From contig JBOGRS010000002.1 in assembly GCA_050749685.1 (NCBI GenBank), positions 3,881 to 67,880 on the forward strand: 64,000 bases of DNA, written 5' to 3'. Below the pieces are notes generated by a model, which searched no databases, was not told the origin of the DNA, and saw only the letters and a program-made list of their open reading frames with translations. The position numbers and the translations under genes are program-made. Of the stretch, positions 26,754-36,305 are shown piece by piece. Within the stretch, counting starts at the first letter, position 1. Each line of letters opens with the position of its first letter. The DNA is from Thermoplasmata archaeon. GTDB taxonomy: Archaea > Thermoplasmatota > Thermoplasmata > Lutacidiplasmatales > UBA184.

Positions 26754-29738
26754 TTGTCGAGCCGAACCGTGCACTCCGAGGCGTCCCCGAGCGCGGTTCC
26801 ATCGCTGGTCGACGTCCACCGTACGGTCCTCGACTTCTGGGAGCGGAACGACCTCGCCCGCGCCCTCGCCGCCGGCCGTGAGGACGGACCGGAGTTCCGG
26901 TTCACCGAAGGCCCGCCGACCGCGAATGGCGCCCCGCACATCGGCCACCTGATCTCGCGGGCGCTCAAGGACGTCCAGCTCCGCTACCGTCGGATGACCG
27001 GGCACCGGATCGTTTCTCCGATGGCCGGCTGGGACTGTCACGGTCTTCCCGTCGAGCTCGAGATCGAGAAGAAGCACGGCCTCAAGTCGAGGGTCGAGAT
27101 CGAGTCCTACGGCGTCGAGAAGTTCTGCGAGGAGTGCCGGCGAGGCGCGCTCGAGGTCGCGGGCGCGTGGCGGGAGATGAGCCGCCAACTGGGCTACTGG
27201 CTCGACTACGACCGCGCCTACTTCACGATGAGCCCGGCGTACATCGAGAGCGTCTGGTGGTCGCTCAAGACGCTCTTCGACCGTCGCCTCCTCGAGAAGG
27301 GGTACTACGTCCTTCCCTACTGCCCGCGCTGCGAGACCACCCTCTCCTCCCACGAGGTCGCTCAAGGATATGCCGAGACGACCGACCCGTCCGTCGTCGT
27401 GCGGGTCCGCCTTTCCACGTCCCCCAAGGGAGTCCCGCGCGACCTCCTCGTCTGGACGACGACGCCGTGGACCCTGCCCGCCAACCTCCTCATCGCCGCG
27501 CGGTCCGACCTCACCTACGTCGTCCTTCGCACCCCCGAAGGGACCGAGGAGGTCGTGGCCGAGGCCGCCGCGGGGCGCTACGGCACGACGGCGACCCACG
27601 TGACCGATCGTCTGACGGGAGCCCAGCTCGAGGGCCTCGCCTACGAACCTCTCTTCCCGTTCGCCGGCCCGGGGCCGGGGAGATTTCGCGTCGTCCTCGA
27701 TGCCATGGTGGACCCGACGGAGGGGACCGGTCTCGTGCACATCGCGCCCAGCTTCGGCCCGGACGACCAGCGCGTGGGCGAGCGCGAAGGGGTGGGGGCG
27801 TTCGACCCCCTCGATAGCCGGGGCGTCTTCGACGCGCGCGTCCCGCCGGTCGCCGGACGATCGTTCAAGGCGGCGGACCCGATCCTGCTCGACGACCTCG
27901 CCCGACGAGGGCGCCTCGCCCACCGAGGGACGATCCAGCACACCTACCCGTTCTGTTGGAGGTGTCGCCACGCCCTCCTGTACCGGGCGATCGACTCGTG
28001 GTTCGTACGCACGAGCCGCTTCACCACCGCGCTCCGGACGAACAACGCGACGGTCCTATGGGTGCCCGCCCACCTTCGGGACGGGCGGTTCGGGAACTTC
28101 CTCGCGGAGGCGAAGGACTGGGCGCTCTCGCGCAGCCGCTACTGGGGCACGCCGCTCCCCGTGTGGATCTGTCCCTCGGGCCACGTCACGTGCATCGGGA
28201 GCTTCCGCGAGCTCGCCGAACGCTCCGGTCACGACCTTCCGGCCAACTTCGACCCCCACCGGGTGACCGTCGACCGGATCCATTTCCCGTGCCCCCAGTG
28301 CGCCGCGCCGACGCGCCGCGAGCCGTACACGATCGACGGGTGGTACGATAGCGGGTCGGCCCCGTTCGCCCAGTACCACTACCCGTTCGAGCCGGGGCCG
28401 TTCCTCCCCGACGCCCCGCTCGACTACGTCGCCGAGGGCCTCGACCAGACGCGCGGATGGTTCTACACCCTGCTCGTCCTCGCGACGGCGCTCTTCGATC
28501 GTCCCGCGTACCGGGCCTGTCTCTCGAACGGCCTTGTCCTCGACGACTCCGGCCAGAAGATGTCGAAGTCGCGCGGGAAGGCGATCGAACCCCTCGGCCT
28601 TCTGGAACGCCAGGGCGCCGACGCGGTCCGCTGGGGGTTCTTCCTGATCGACTTCACCGAGCCGATGCGGGTGACCGAGGCCGCGATCCGCCAGGCCGGG
28701 GCGCGCACCCTCGGCACCCTCCTCAACGTGGCGGAGTTCTACCGGCAGAACACGGTTACCCTCCCCAACGCGGGCGAGGCGACGCCCCATCCGACGGGCG
28801 TGCTCGACCGGTGGCTCCTCTCCCGGGTCGACGCCACGATCGCGACGACCCGCGCGTCGCTCGACGCGTTCGACCCACGCCGGGGAGCGCTCGCCCTCCG
28901 GCACCTCATCGACGACGTGAGCACGTGGTACCTGCGCCGTTCGCGCCCCCGCTTCTGGTCCGAGGAGGCGACCGAGGACCGGAGCGCCGCGAGCGCCACG
29001 CTGGGGTTCGGTCTGGTCACGCTCGCCCGCCTGACCGCGCCGTTCACTCCGTTCGTGGCGGAGCAGCTGTACCAGACCGTCACCGGCGCGACGTTCGGGT
29101 CCGGGGAGAGGTCCGTCCATCGCGAACCGTTCCCGGTTTCGCTCGGTACCCGCGACGAGGGACTCGAGCTCGAGATGGACCGGTTGCGCGAGCTCGTGGA
29201 AATGGGGCGGGAGCTCCGGCAGCGGGCCCAGGTGCGTTCGCGCATCCCGCTCGAGACGTTCGTCATCGTCGGGACCCCCCCCTTCGCCCCGTCGACCTCC
29301 GCCGAGGGGGAGGCTCTCCTGCGCGACGAGCTCAACGTCCGCGCCGTCCAGGTCGTCCCGTCCGTCGACCTCCTCCGCTTCCCCGAGAACGCGTGGGTGC
29401 GGCGCGAAGAGGGCGGCGAGGTCCGCGCGCTCCTGTCGCGGAGCCCGACACCCGAGCTCTACCGCGAGGGTCTCGTGCGCGAGGTCCTGCGTCGGCTGCA
29501 GCTCGAACGCAAAGCGCGCGGGCTCCGCTATACCGACCGGATCACGCTCACCGTTTATGCGCCCGACCCGATCGGCGCGGCGATCCAGGGCGAGGGCGAA
29601 CGCATCGCGCGCGAACTTCTCGCCGACCCGGCGACGATCGTGGTCGGCCCCCCTCCGTCCGACGGGGGCGTCACGACCTGGGAGGTCGAGGGCATCACCT
29701 TCGGCGCGCGTCTCGAGCGCCGGAACCCTCGCCCGTAG
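26754..29738 (+). CDS. ileS: isoleucine--tRNA ligase
   Basis: HIGH-like PHIGH, KMSKS, and the IleRS-specific WTTTPWTLP. TTG start at 26754; a GTG at 26769 is an alternative. Confidence 0.9.
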   Translation: MSSRTVHSEASPSAVPSLVDVHRTVLDFWERNDLARALAAGREDGPEFRFTEGPPTANGAPHIGHLISRALKDVQLRYRRMTGHRIVSPMAGWDCHGLPVELEIEKKHGLKSRVEIESYGVEKFCEECRRGALEVAGAWREMSRQLGYWLDYDRAYFTMSPAYIESVWWSLKTLFDRRLLEKGYYVLPYCPRCETTLSSHEVAQGYAETTDPSVVVRVRLSTSPKGVPRDLLVWTTTPWTLPANLLIAARSDLTYVVLRTPEGTEEVVAEAAAGRYGTTATHVTDRLTGAQLEGLAYEPLFPFAGPGPGRFRVVLDAMVDPTEGTGLVHIAPSFGPDDQRVGEREGVGAFDPLDSRGVFDARVPPVAGRSFKAADPILLDDLARRGRLAHRGTIQHTYPFCWRCRHALLYRAIDSWFVRTSRFTTALRTNNATVLWVPAHLRDGRFGNFLAEAKDWALSRSRYWGTPLPVWICPSGHVTCIGSFRELAERSGHDLPANFDPHRVTVDRIHFPCPQCAAPTRREPYTIDGWYDSGSAPFAQYHYPFEPGPFLPDAPLDYVAEGLDQTRGWFYTLLVLATALFDRPAYRACLSNGLVLDDSGQKMSKSRGKAIEPLGLLERQGADAVRWGFFLIDFTEPMRVTEAAIRQAGARTLGTLLNVAEFYRQNTVTLPNAGEATPHPTGVLDRWLLSRVDATIATTRASLDAFDPRRGALALRHLIDDVSTWYLRRSRPRFWSEEATEDRSAASATLGFGLVTLARLTAPFTPFVAEQLYQTVTGATFGSGERSVHREPFPVSLGTRDEGLELEMDRLRELVEMGRELRQRAQVRSRIPLETFVIVGTPPFAPSTSAEGEALLRDELNVRAVQVVPSVDLLRFPENAWVRREEGGEVRALLSRSPTPELYREGLVREVLRRLQLERKARGLRYTDRITLTVYAPDPIGAAIQGEGERIARELLADPATIVVGPPPSDGGVTTWEVEGITFGARLERRNPRP

Positions 29739-30357
29739 CCAGGTCGACCCGACCCACCTCGCCGCCGGGCGACGTCTCGTGGAAGATCTCCGCCGTGAAC
29801 GTGAGGACGCGCGTCGAGGGTTCGCGCCACGCACGCGCCGGGAGCCCTGCCTTCTCGCACGCGGCGTCGAGGAACGCGCGAGCGTCCCACCCCCATTCGA
29901 CGGCCACCTGCGGCAGGAGGATTCCGCTCGTTCCGTCGGCCTCGACCAGGAGACCGTCCCACCCGATGCGGATCGCCCGCGGTCGATCGTCCGCCGCCTC
30001 GGCGCTCACGGGGAGGGGGATCGACAGCACGGAGACCTCCACGACGAGATCGTCCATCTCGGCCGAGGTCACGGGGGGGAAGCGTGGGTCCTCGGTCGCG
30101 GCGGCGACCGCCGCGCGCGCGAGGCCCTCGGCCAGCGGGAAGTGGGGAAGCGGGAAGCCGATGCATCCGCGGAGCCGGCCGCTGCGCGCTCCGCTGAGCG
30201 TTACGAACACCCCGCGCTTCTCGTCGAAGAGGGGCGGAACGTCCTCGCGCGGTCGGACGGTGGGGCTCGCGACGGAGTCGCCGTTCGCCGCGAGGTGGCG
30301 CGTGATCGCGGTGCGCGCCCACCGTACCGCGAACTCCCCCTCCGGATGGGTCACCAT
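29695..30357 (-). CDS. AMMECR1 domain protein
   Basis: LRGCIGF motif. Internal ATG at 30357 chosen. Overlaps the ileS 3' end by 44 nt in convergent orientation. Confidence 0.75.
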   Translation of the reverse strand: MVTHPEGEFAVRWARTAITRHLAANGDSVASPTVRPREDVPPLFDEKRGVFVTLSGARSGRLRGCIGFPLPHFPLAEGLARAAVAAATEDPRFPPVTSAEMDDLVVEVSVLSIPLPVSAEAADDRPRAIRIGWDGLLVEADGTSGILLPQVAVEWGWDARAFLDAACEKAGLPARAWREPSTRVLTFTAEIFHETSPGGEVGRVDLATGEGSGARDARRR

Positions 30358-30414
30358 CGCCCCGCCATCGCGGACCCCGCCCTTAGGGTCTTGGGGGCGG
30401 CGGTCGGAGCCGGC

Positions 30415-30428
30415 CAACGCTTTATACG
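30415..30428 (+). promoter_or_regulatory. archaeal TATA box for rpl40e (leaderless-type spacing)
   Basis: cgcTTTATACgg is centred about 32 nt upstream of the ATG at 30456. Confidence 0.5.
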
Positions 30429-30455
30429 GAACCCGTCGTCCCGCCGCACCGTTCC

Positions 30456-30608
30456 ATGCCGTTCCCCGAAGCGACGAACCGGCTGCTCCACAAGAAGATC
30501 TGCATGAACTGCTCGGCGAGGAACCCCCCGAAGGCCGTCCAGTGCCGCAAGTGCGGCTATCACGGCCTCCGCACGAAGTCGAAGGAACGCTCGGGCAAGA
30601 CTCAGTAG
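30456..30608 (+). CDS. rpl40e: 50S ribosomal protein L40e
   Basis: 50-aa translation [50 protein letters not shown] with a C4 zinc ribbon. Absent from the ORF track because it is under 60 aa. Confidence 0.85.
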   Translation: MPFPEATNRLLHKKICMNCSARNPPKAVQCRKCGYHGLRTKSKERSGKTQ

Positions 30609-30624
30609 GCCCCGGACCGTTCCC

Positions 30625-31425
30625 TCAGCGTGCGGCCGCGTCGTTCGCCGGGGCCGGCGCCCCCGCCCGCTTGCGTTGGATCTCCCGCGCGAGCGCGAAG
30701 CGCTTGCGGATGAGGAACGTTAAGTTCTTCCGACCGTCCTGCCAGCTCGAGAGCTTGGGCGCGCCCCACCGCTCCGCGTAGTGGATCGGGACCTCCTCGA
30801 AGCGGAGGCCCTCGATGAGGATGTCCAGTTTGAGCTCCTCGCTGAACGGCATCCCGTCGTCGGACGGCCGGACCCTCTCGAGGACCTCCCGCCGGAAGAC
30901 CCACATGCCGCTCTGGCTGTCGCGGAGCTCGCCGCCCGCCGCGGACCTGAGGAAGCGGTGGTAGAGAATGGCGACGAACAGGTTGAGCACCCGGTTGCCG
31001 ATGCGATGCTCCGTCGTCATCGCCGTGCGATCGAGATAGGCGAGGCGGTTGCACGAGATGAAGTCGAGCTTGGCATCGAGAAGCCGACGCACGAGCTGCG
31101 GGATCTCCTCGACCGGATAGGTCGCATCGCCGTCGGCGGTGGCGATCACCTCGCCCCACGCCGCGGCGAAGCCGGTCTTGTACGCTTGGCCGTACCCCTT
31201 GCGGGGCTCGTTAACGACCCGTGCCCCCTCGGCCCGTGCGAGGTCCGGCGTCCCGTCGGTCGAGCTCCCGTCGACGACGAGGATCTCCCATTCGAGCGGG
31301 TCGTGGGGGAACCACTGGGGGTTCGCCGACTCCGCCGCCTCCCGAAAGGTCCGTAGCACATGGCCGATGGACTCCGACTCATTGAGCGTCGGAACGATCA
31401 GCGTCGCGCGCACGGGCCGTCGCAT
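30625..31425 (-). CDS. family 2 glycosyltransferase (dolichyl-phosphate sugar transferase-like)
   Basis: IVPTLNE...ILVVDGSSTDGT...ADGD matches the GT2 catalytic core. Confidence 0.85.
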   Translation of the reverse strand: MRRPVRATLIVPTLNESESIGHVLRTFREAAESANPQWFPHDPLEWEILVVDGSSTDGTPDLARAEGARVVNEPRKGYGQAYKTGFAAAWGEVIATADGDATYPVEEIPQLVRRLLDAKLDFISCNRLAYLDRTAMTTEHRIGNRVLNLFVAILYHRFLRSAAGGELRDSQSGMWVFRREVLERVRPSDDGMPFSEELKLDILIEGLRFEEVPIHYAERWGAPKLSSWQDGRKNLTFLIRKRFALAREIQRKRAGAPAPANDAAAR

Positions 31426-31468
31426 GGCGGGCCGTTCGCTTAAGCCTCACCGGTCATGGCTTTAAGGC

Positions 31469-31924
31469 ATGCCTCGGACGACGACGTCGAAGCGCCGGCG
31501 TCTCCCCTCCCGCCGGCGGTTCGGGACGTTCGGGACGACCGCCGACGTGGGGATATGGGCACGCGCTCCCCACGGCGACGAGCTCTTCGACGCCCTCGGG
31601 GTGGCCCTCTTCAGCGTGGTGACCGACCTTCGCAAGGTCCGACCGCGCGAGGAACGCGCCGTGGACGCGAGCGCCGACGATCCGGCGGGGCTCGCGGTCG
31701 CGTTCCTCAACGCCCTCGTGATCCTCGCCGGGGACGGCTTCCTCGTACGCGACGTCCATGCACGGCTTCTGGGGCAGCCCCCGACGAGCGTCCTCGCGGC
31801 CGTGCGCGGGGAGATGTTCGACCCGTTGCGCCACGTCGTCAAGACCGAGGTCAAGGCCGTCACCCTCCATCAACTCGAGGTCGATCTGGCGCGGGGTCGG
31901 GCGAGGGTCATCCTCGACATCTGA
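31469..31924 (+). CDS. archease
   Basis: FGTFGTTADVGIWARA (the HTAD-type start motif), GVALFSVV, and the C-terminal KAVTLHQLEV. It has an Arg-rich N-terminal 18 aa. Confidence 0.7.
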   Translation: MPRTTTSKRRRLPSRRRFGTFGTTADVGIWARAPHGDELFDALGVALFSVVTDLRKVRPREERAVDASADDPAGLAVAFLNALVILAGDGFLVRDVHARLLGQPPTSVLAAVRGEMFDPLRHVVKTEVKAVTLHQLEVDLARGRARVILDI

Positions 31925-31953
31925 CCTCCCGCGGGGGGGGCGGGGCGTTCCCG

Positions 31954-33090
31954 CTAGGGCATGTGGCGCTCGAGGGCGGCGAGCGAGGCGCCGGGAGGGA
32001 ACGTGCGACCCGCCTTGAGGAGGATGCGTTCGAGGGCCGCGAAGGTGACGAGGAGGTCCGGCCAGCCGGCGATCCCCATGTGGCCGATGCGGAAGATCTT
32101 GCCCTTCAACGGCCCCTGCCCGCCCTGCAACGCGACGTTGTAGGTGTCCGAGAGGACCTTGCGCACCCCGGCATCATCGAGGCCGTGCGGCATCCGAAGC
32201 GCGGTGACGGTGTCCGAGGCGTACGTCGGATCCGGAAACAGCTCGAGGCCGATCGCTTCGCACGCGTCGCGCGTGGCCTCGGCGAGGGCTCGCGTGCGGG
32301 CGAGGCGGGCGTCCAGTCCCTCCTCCCGGAGCATCGCGAGGGCCTCGCGAAGGGCGAGGAAGAGCGGGACCGCGGGGGTCCAGGGCGTGTCGTTCTTCTC
32401 GAGGCTCTTCGCGTGCTCCTTCAGGTCGAGGTAGAACGTCCCGGGCCGAAGCTGGGCGAGCGCCCGTTCGGACAGGTGCACCATGGCGAGACCGGCCGGC
32501 GCGGCGAGCCCCTTCTGGCTGCCGGCCACCAACGCATCGATCCCCCACGCATCGATGGGCGTTGGGATCCCCGCCACGGCCGAGATGCCGTCGACGAGGA
32601 ACAGGGCTCCGGACGCTCGCACGGCCGGCGCGAGGTCGGCGAGGTCGTTGCGAAGTCCCACGCTCGTCTCGTTATAGACGACGCAGACCGCCCGGACGTC
32701 GCCCTTCTCGAGCTCCCGCCGTGCCGCCTCGGTCGGCATGTGCTGGCCCCATGGGGCCGTCAGCGTCGTCACGGAGTCGCCGTAGCGCCGGACGATCTGG
32801 TCCGTCCGCTCGCCGAAGTTCCCGTTCGAGAGGACGAGGGTGCGCTCGCCCCGCGGCACGAGCGACGAATAGACCGCCTCGAGCCCCGCGCTCCCGCTCC
32901 CGGTGAGGACGAGCTGGGTCCCCTTCGTCCCGAAGAGGACGGGGAGGAGCTCCTTGATCTCCCCGACGACGCCGTGGAAGGCGTCCCCCCGGTGGTTGAG
33001 CGAGGACATGGACATCGCCCTCAGGACGCGGGGGTGGATGCGCACGGGTCCGGCGATCAGGAAGGTCGCGGTCTCAGGGTCGAAGGTCAT
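31954..33090 (-). CDS. class V aminotransferase (serine-pyruvate / phosphoserine aminotransferase-like)
   Basis: ATG at 33090 (MTFDPETATFLIAGPV...). PLP fold with the SQKGL lysine region. The 188-aa extension in the maximal ORF is read-through into serA. ATGA overlap with the serA stop. Confidence 0.85.
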   Translation of the reverse strand: MTFDPETATFLIAGPVRIHPRVLRAMSMSSLNHRGDAFHGVVGEIKELLPVLFGTKGTQLVLTGSGSAGLEAVYSSLVPRGERTLVLSNGNFGERTDQIVRRYGDSVTTLTAPWGQHMPTEAARRELEKGDVRAVCVVYNETSVGLRNDLADLAPAVRASGALFLVDGISAVAGIPTPIDAWGIDALVAGSQKGLAAPAGLAMVHLSERALAQLRPGTFYLDLKEHAKSLEKNDTPWTPAVPLFLALREALAMLREEGLDARLARTRALAEATRDACEAIGLELFPDPTYASDTVTALRMPHGLDDAGVRKVLSDTYNVALQGGQGPLKGKIFRIGHMGIAGWPDLLVTFAALERILLKAGRTFPPGASLAALERHMP

Positions 33091-34121
33091 GTTGGTCCGC
33101 GTGCCTCGGGGTTCACCAAGGACTGCAACGGTTCGCCCCGCAGCGCGCGCAGGACCTCGTCCACGACCTGCTGGCCCGCGCGTCGTTGGGCCTCGTGCGT
33201 CGAGGCACCGAGGTGGGGCGTGGGGATCACTTTCGGGTGGGACAGCAGCTCGGCGCGGGTCGGGGGCTCGACCTCGAAGACGTCGAGCGCCGCCCCCCCG
33301 ATCCGACCCGCGTCCAAGGCCCGGAGCAGCGCCGCCTCGTCGACAAGCGCGCCGCGGGCGACGTTGATGAGCACCGCGCCCCGCTTCATCCGCTCCATCC
33401 GCTCGGCGTTCATGAGGTGCCGGTTCTCCGGCGTCAGGGCCGCGTGCAGGCTCACGATGTCCGACCTCGCGAGCACGCGGTCGAGGTCGGCGAGCTCCGT
33501 CGCGTCCCGGCTCTCGCGAACGAACGGGTCGTAGGCGATCGTCGTGACCCCGAACGCGGCGAGCCGTCGGGCCACCTCGCGGGCGATCCGGCCGTATCCG
33601 ATGAACCCCACGGTCCGGCCTTGAAGCTCGCCGCGGTTCTGGCCGCGGGGCCACTTACCGGCGCGGGTCGCTTCGATCTGCGCGTAGAGGTCGCGGACGA
33701 GCAGGAGGCAGAAGGCGACGGTCAGCTCGGCGACGCTCGCCGTCGCCGCCGTGGGGGCGTTGACGACCCGGATCCGCCGGGCGGTCGCCGCGGGAAGATC
33801 GACGTTGTCGACGCCGACCCCGGCGCGAGCGATCACCTGGAGTCGGGGAGCACGGCCGATGAGCTCGGCGGTCACGCGGGTCCGACTGCGAACCACGAGC
33901 GCCCACGCCTCGGCGAGATGTTCCTCGAGGGCTTCGTGCCCCGCCGTGGCGTCGATGACGCGGCACGGACCCTTCAGGAGCTGCGCGACCGCCCCCGCAT
34001 CGATCGGATCGGCGATCACGACGAGCGGTGGGGCGGGCGCCGACACGAGGGTGGACGACCCGCCCGCGTTGAAAACCCTTTGCCCGGCTCCGGTCCGCTC
34101 CGCTTCCTCGGAAGGGTTCAA
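33087..34121 (-). CDS. serA: D-3-phosphoglycerate dehydrogenase (short form) / 2-hydroxyacid dehydrogenase
   Basis: GxGxxG NAD motif GFIGYGRIAREVA, catalytic His in VIPTPHLGAST. TTG start at 34121; a GTG at 34046 would give a more typical N-terminus (VSAPAPPLVVIADPI). Confidence 0.8.
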   Translation of the reverse strand: MNPSEEAERTGAGQRVFNAGGSSTLVSAPAPPLVVIADPIDAGAVAQLLKGPCRVIDATAGHEALEEHLAEAWALVVRSRTRVTAELIGRAPRLQVIARAGVGVDNVDLPAATARRIRVVNAPTAATASVAELTVAFCLLLVRDLYAQIEATRAGKWPRGQNRGELQGRTVGFIGYGRIAREVARRLAAFGVTTIAYDPFVRESRDATELADLDRVLARSDIVSLHAALTPENRHLMNAERMERMKRGAVLINVARGALVDEAALLRALDAGRIGGAALDVFEVEPPTRAELLSHPKVIPTPHLGASTHEAQRRAGQQVVDEVLRALRGEPLQSLVNPEARGPT

Positions 34122-34155
34122 CTATCGTCCCGCGGTCCCCGCCGATCGACGGACC

Positions 34156-34512
34156 GTGATCGCGGGCACCTCCGTCCACCTCGATGCGACGGCCGAGGGG
34201 CGCTCGGCCCACCGATGGCTGAGGGCCGCGTTCCTCCTCCAAACGATCCAAAGCGCGTTCTGGATCCTCCTCGGGATCGTTGCGCTCACCGCGTTCTCCT
34301 CGCCGCCGTTCCTGGCCGAGGGCGTGTTCTTCATCGTGGTCTCGCTCCTCTTCCTCGGCGTCGGGTGGTTCTTCTGCCTCGGTCCGGCCGGACGCGGGAT
34401 GCGGAGGGGGCCCGGGGACCGTCGCTCCTCCTCGGGATCGCCGGCCTTCCGCTCGGGTTCGTGGTGGTGGGTCTCCTCTATCTCGTGGCGTACGGGAAAT
34501 TGGGCTCGGTGA
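34156..34512 (+). CDS. small two-TM membrane protein (possibly the 5' part of a frameshifted gene)
   Basis: GTG start. Two clear helices: AFWILLGIVALTAF and VFFIVVSLLFLGVGWFF. Coding-like third codon positions in more than one frame downstream (see finding). Confidence 0.35.
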   Translation: MIAGTSVHLDATAEGRSAHRWLRAAFLLQTIQSAFWILLGIVALTAFSSPPFLAEGVFFIVVSLLFLGVGWFFCLGPAGRGMRRGPGDRRSSSGSPAFRSGSWWWVSSISWRTGNWAR

Positions 34513-34891
34513 CGTCGGTGGGGACCTTGACCCCGTCCGGTGCGGCGACGTGGAATCCGTCGTGGGCGATCGCGGCGCCGTCCCCCCCTCCCGGGTCGCC
34601 ACTCTCGACGACGGCGCCCGCTGAGGACACGACACGGTTCGTCGTGGCACCGCGCGTCGCGAGCCCGCCTCTGCCGACCCCGACGGCTCCCGCGTGGGGG
34701 AGTCCCTCACCCGCCCCGACCGACCTCGCCGACCCGGCGGCCTCCTCGCTGGACCCCGCGTCGGAGGCGCCGGACCCCCGCCTCCCGTCGATCTGCCCAC
34801 GCTGCCAGCTCGCCGCCGACTGGGTGCCGCAGTACCACGCTACTACTGTTACGCGTGCGGGCGCTACGTCCCGAAGTAGGCGATGGCCCCG

Positions 34892-35818
34892 CTACGGCAC
34901 CTTCGGAACGGGGACCTTATCGATCGCACCCTGTACGATCTGGGCGCCCCGGACGCCACGGATCCACGGTTCCGGCTTGACGAGGACGCGATGGGCCAGC
35001 GCGGGGAGCGCCAACGATTTTACGTCGTCCGGTACGACGTAGTCGCGACCCTCGAAAAGCGCCCGGGCGCGCGCGAGCTTGAGAAGCGCGAGCGACCCGC
35101 GGGGGGACGCCCCCACTTCCGCGCGGGGGTCGAGACGGGTGGACGCAACGACCTCCACGACGTAGCCCTCGATCGCCGGATCGATCGTCACGTCCTCGGC
35201 GGCGCGCTGGATCGCGCGGAACTGGTCCGCGGAGAGGACGACCGGGACCGTCGCATCGTCCGACTTGCGTTCGCGCCGCTGGCGCAGGATCTCGCGCTCC
35301 TCCTCGGCGGTGGGGTAGCCCACCGAGAGGCGCATCAGGAAGCGGTCGACCTGGGCCTCCGGGAGGGGATAGGTTCCCTCGAGGTCGATGGGGTTCTGGG
35401 TCGCGAGCACGAGGAACGGGCGCTCGAGCTTGTGGGTCGCCCGCTCGCTCGTGACCTGGTACTCCTGCATCGCCTCGAGCAGGGCCGATTGGACCTTCGG
35501 GGGCGCCCGGTTGATCTCATCGGCGAGCAGGACGTGCGTGAAGAGCGGGCCGGGACGAAAACTAAACGCGCCCCGTTGCGCGTCATACATCTCCCCTCCC
35601 GTGATGTCGTGGGGGAGAAGGTCCGCCGTGAACTGGATGCGGTTGAAGGTGAGGCCGAGCGCCGTGGCGAACGACTTCGCCATGAGCGTCTTGCCGAGGC
35701 CGGGAAGGTCCTCGAAGAGGAGGTGGCCGTCGGCGACGGCGCCGATCGTCAACTGGTCGAGGACCGTGTCCCGGCCCACGACGGCGCGGTGGACGGCGTC
35801 CCGCACCTGACCCAGCAA
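34892..35818 (-). CDS. MoxR family AAA+ ATPase
   Basis: Walker A GLPGLGKT, Walker B LLADEINR, and the MoxR-specific C-terminal helical domain. TTG start at 35818. Confidence 0.9.
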   Translation of the reverse strand: MLGQVRDAVHRAVVGRDTVLDQLTIGAVADGHLLFEDLPGLGKTLMAKSFATALGLTFNRIQFTADLLPHDITGGEMYDAQRGAFSFRPGPLFTHVLLADEINRAPPKVQSALLEAMQEYQVTSERATHKLERPFLVLATQNPIDLEGTYPLPEAQVDRFLMRLSVGYPTAEEEREILRQRRERKSDDATVPVVLSADQFRAIQRAAEDVTIDPAIEGYVVEVVASTRLDPRAEVGASPRGSLALLKLARARALFEGRDYVVPDDVKSLALPALAHRVLVKPEPWIRGVRGAQIVQGAIDKVPVPKVP

Positions 35819-36305
35819 CGCTCGAGCTTCCGCGCCGTTCGTCGGACGTCCCCCCGGGACCGTCAGCCATACCGCTATAACTGCCTATCCGAAAACCCTC
35901 GGGAACTCGCCCGGGGGAGCGCATCCCGCACGCATCCGTCCCGAGGATCGGGGTCGGCGACGCGCCGAGCCGGTCCACCGGCGCCGGCTCCCGGGAACGC
36001 TCGGGAATCGGCACCGGGACCGTGGGCGCGGAACGGTCGACGCCCCGCGACCGGATCCGGGTTCCCTTTCGGGATCGGCGGACGCTCGTGCGATCGCGAT
36101 AGTGTTCCCCGGCCGTAACGGTCTCGCGTCACGGCTAGGCCGATCGGCCCTCTCAGCGGCCTGACCCCGGCCGGGGGTATCGGACGCCGGGGTTGTCCTC
36201 ACGTCATCCCCTGCGGACGACCCGTCCGCGTTCGGTCAAGAGGGACCCTTCGTCGGAATCCGGGGGCGCCGCGCGGGCGCCCCGTTCGACCGTAGGCGTC
36301 CCGGT

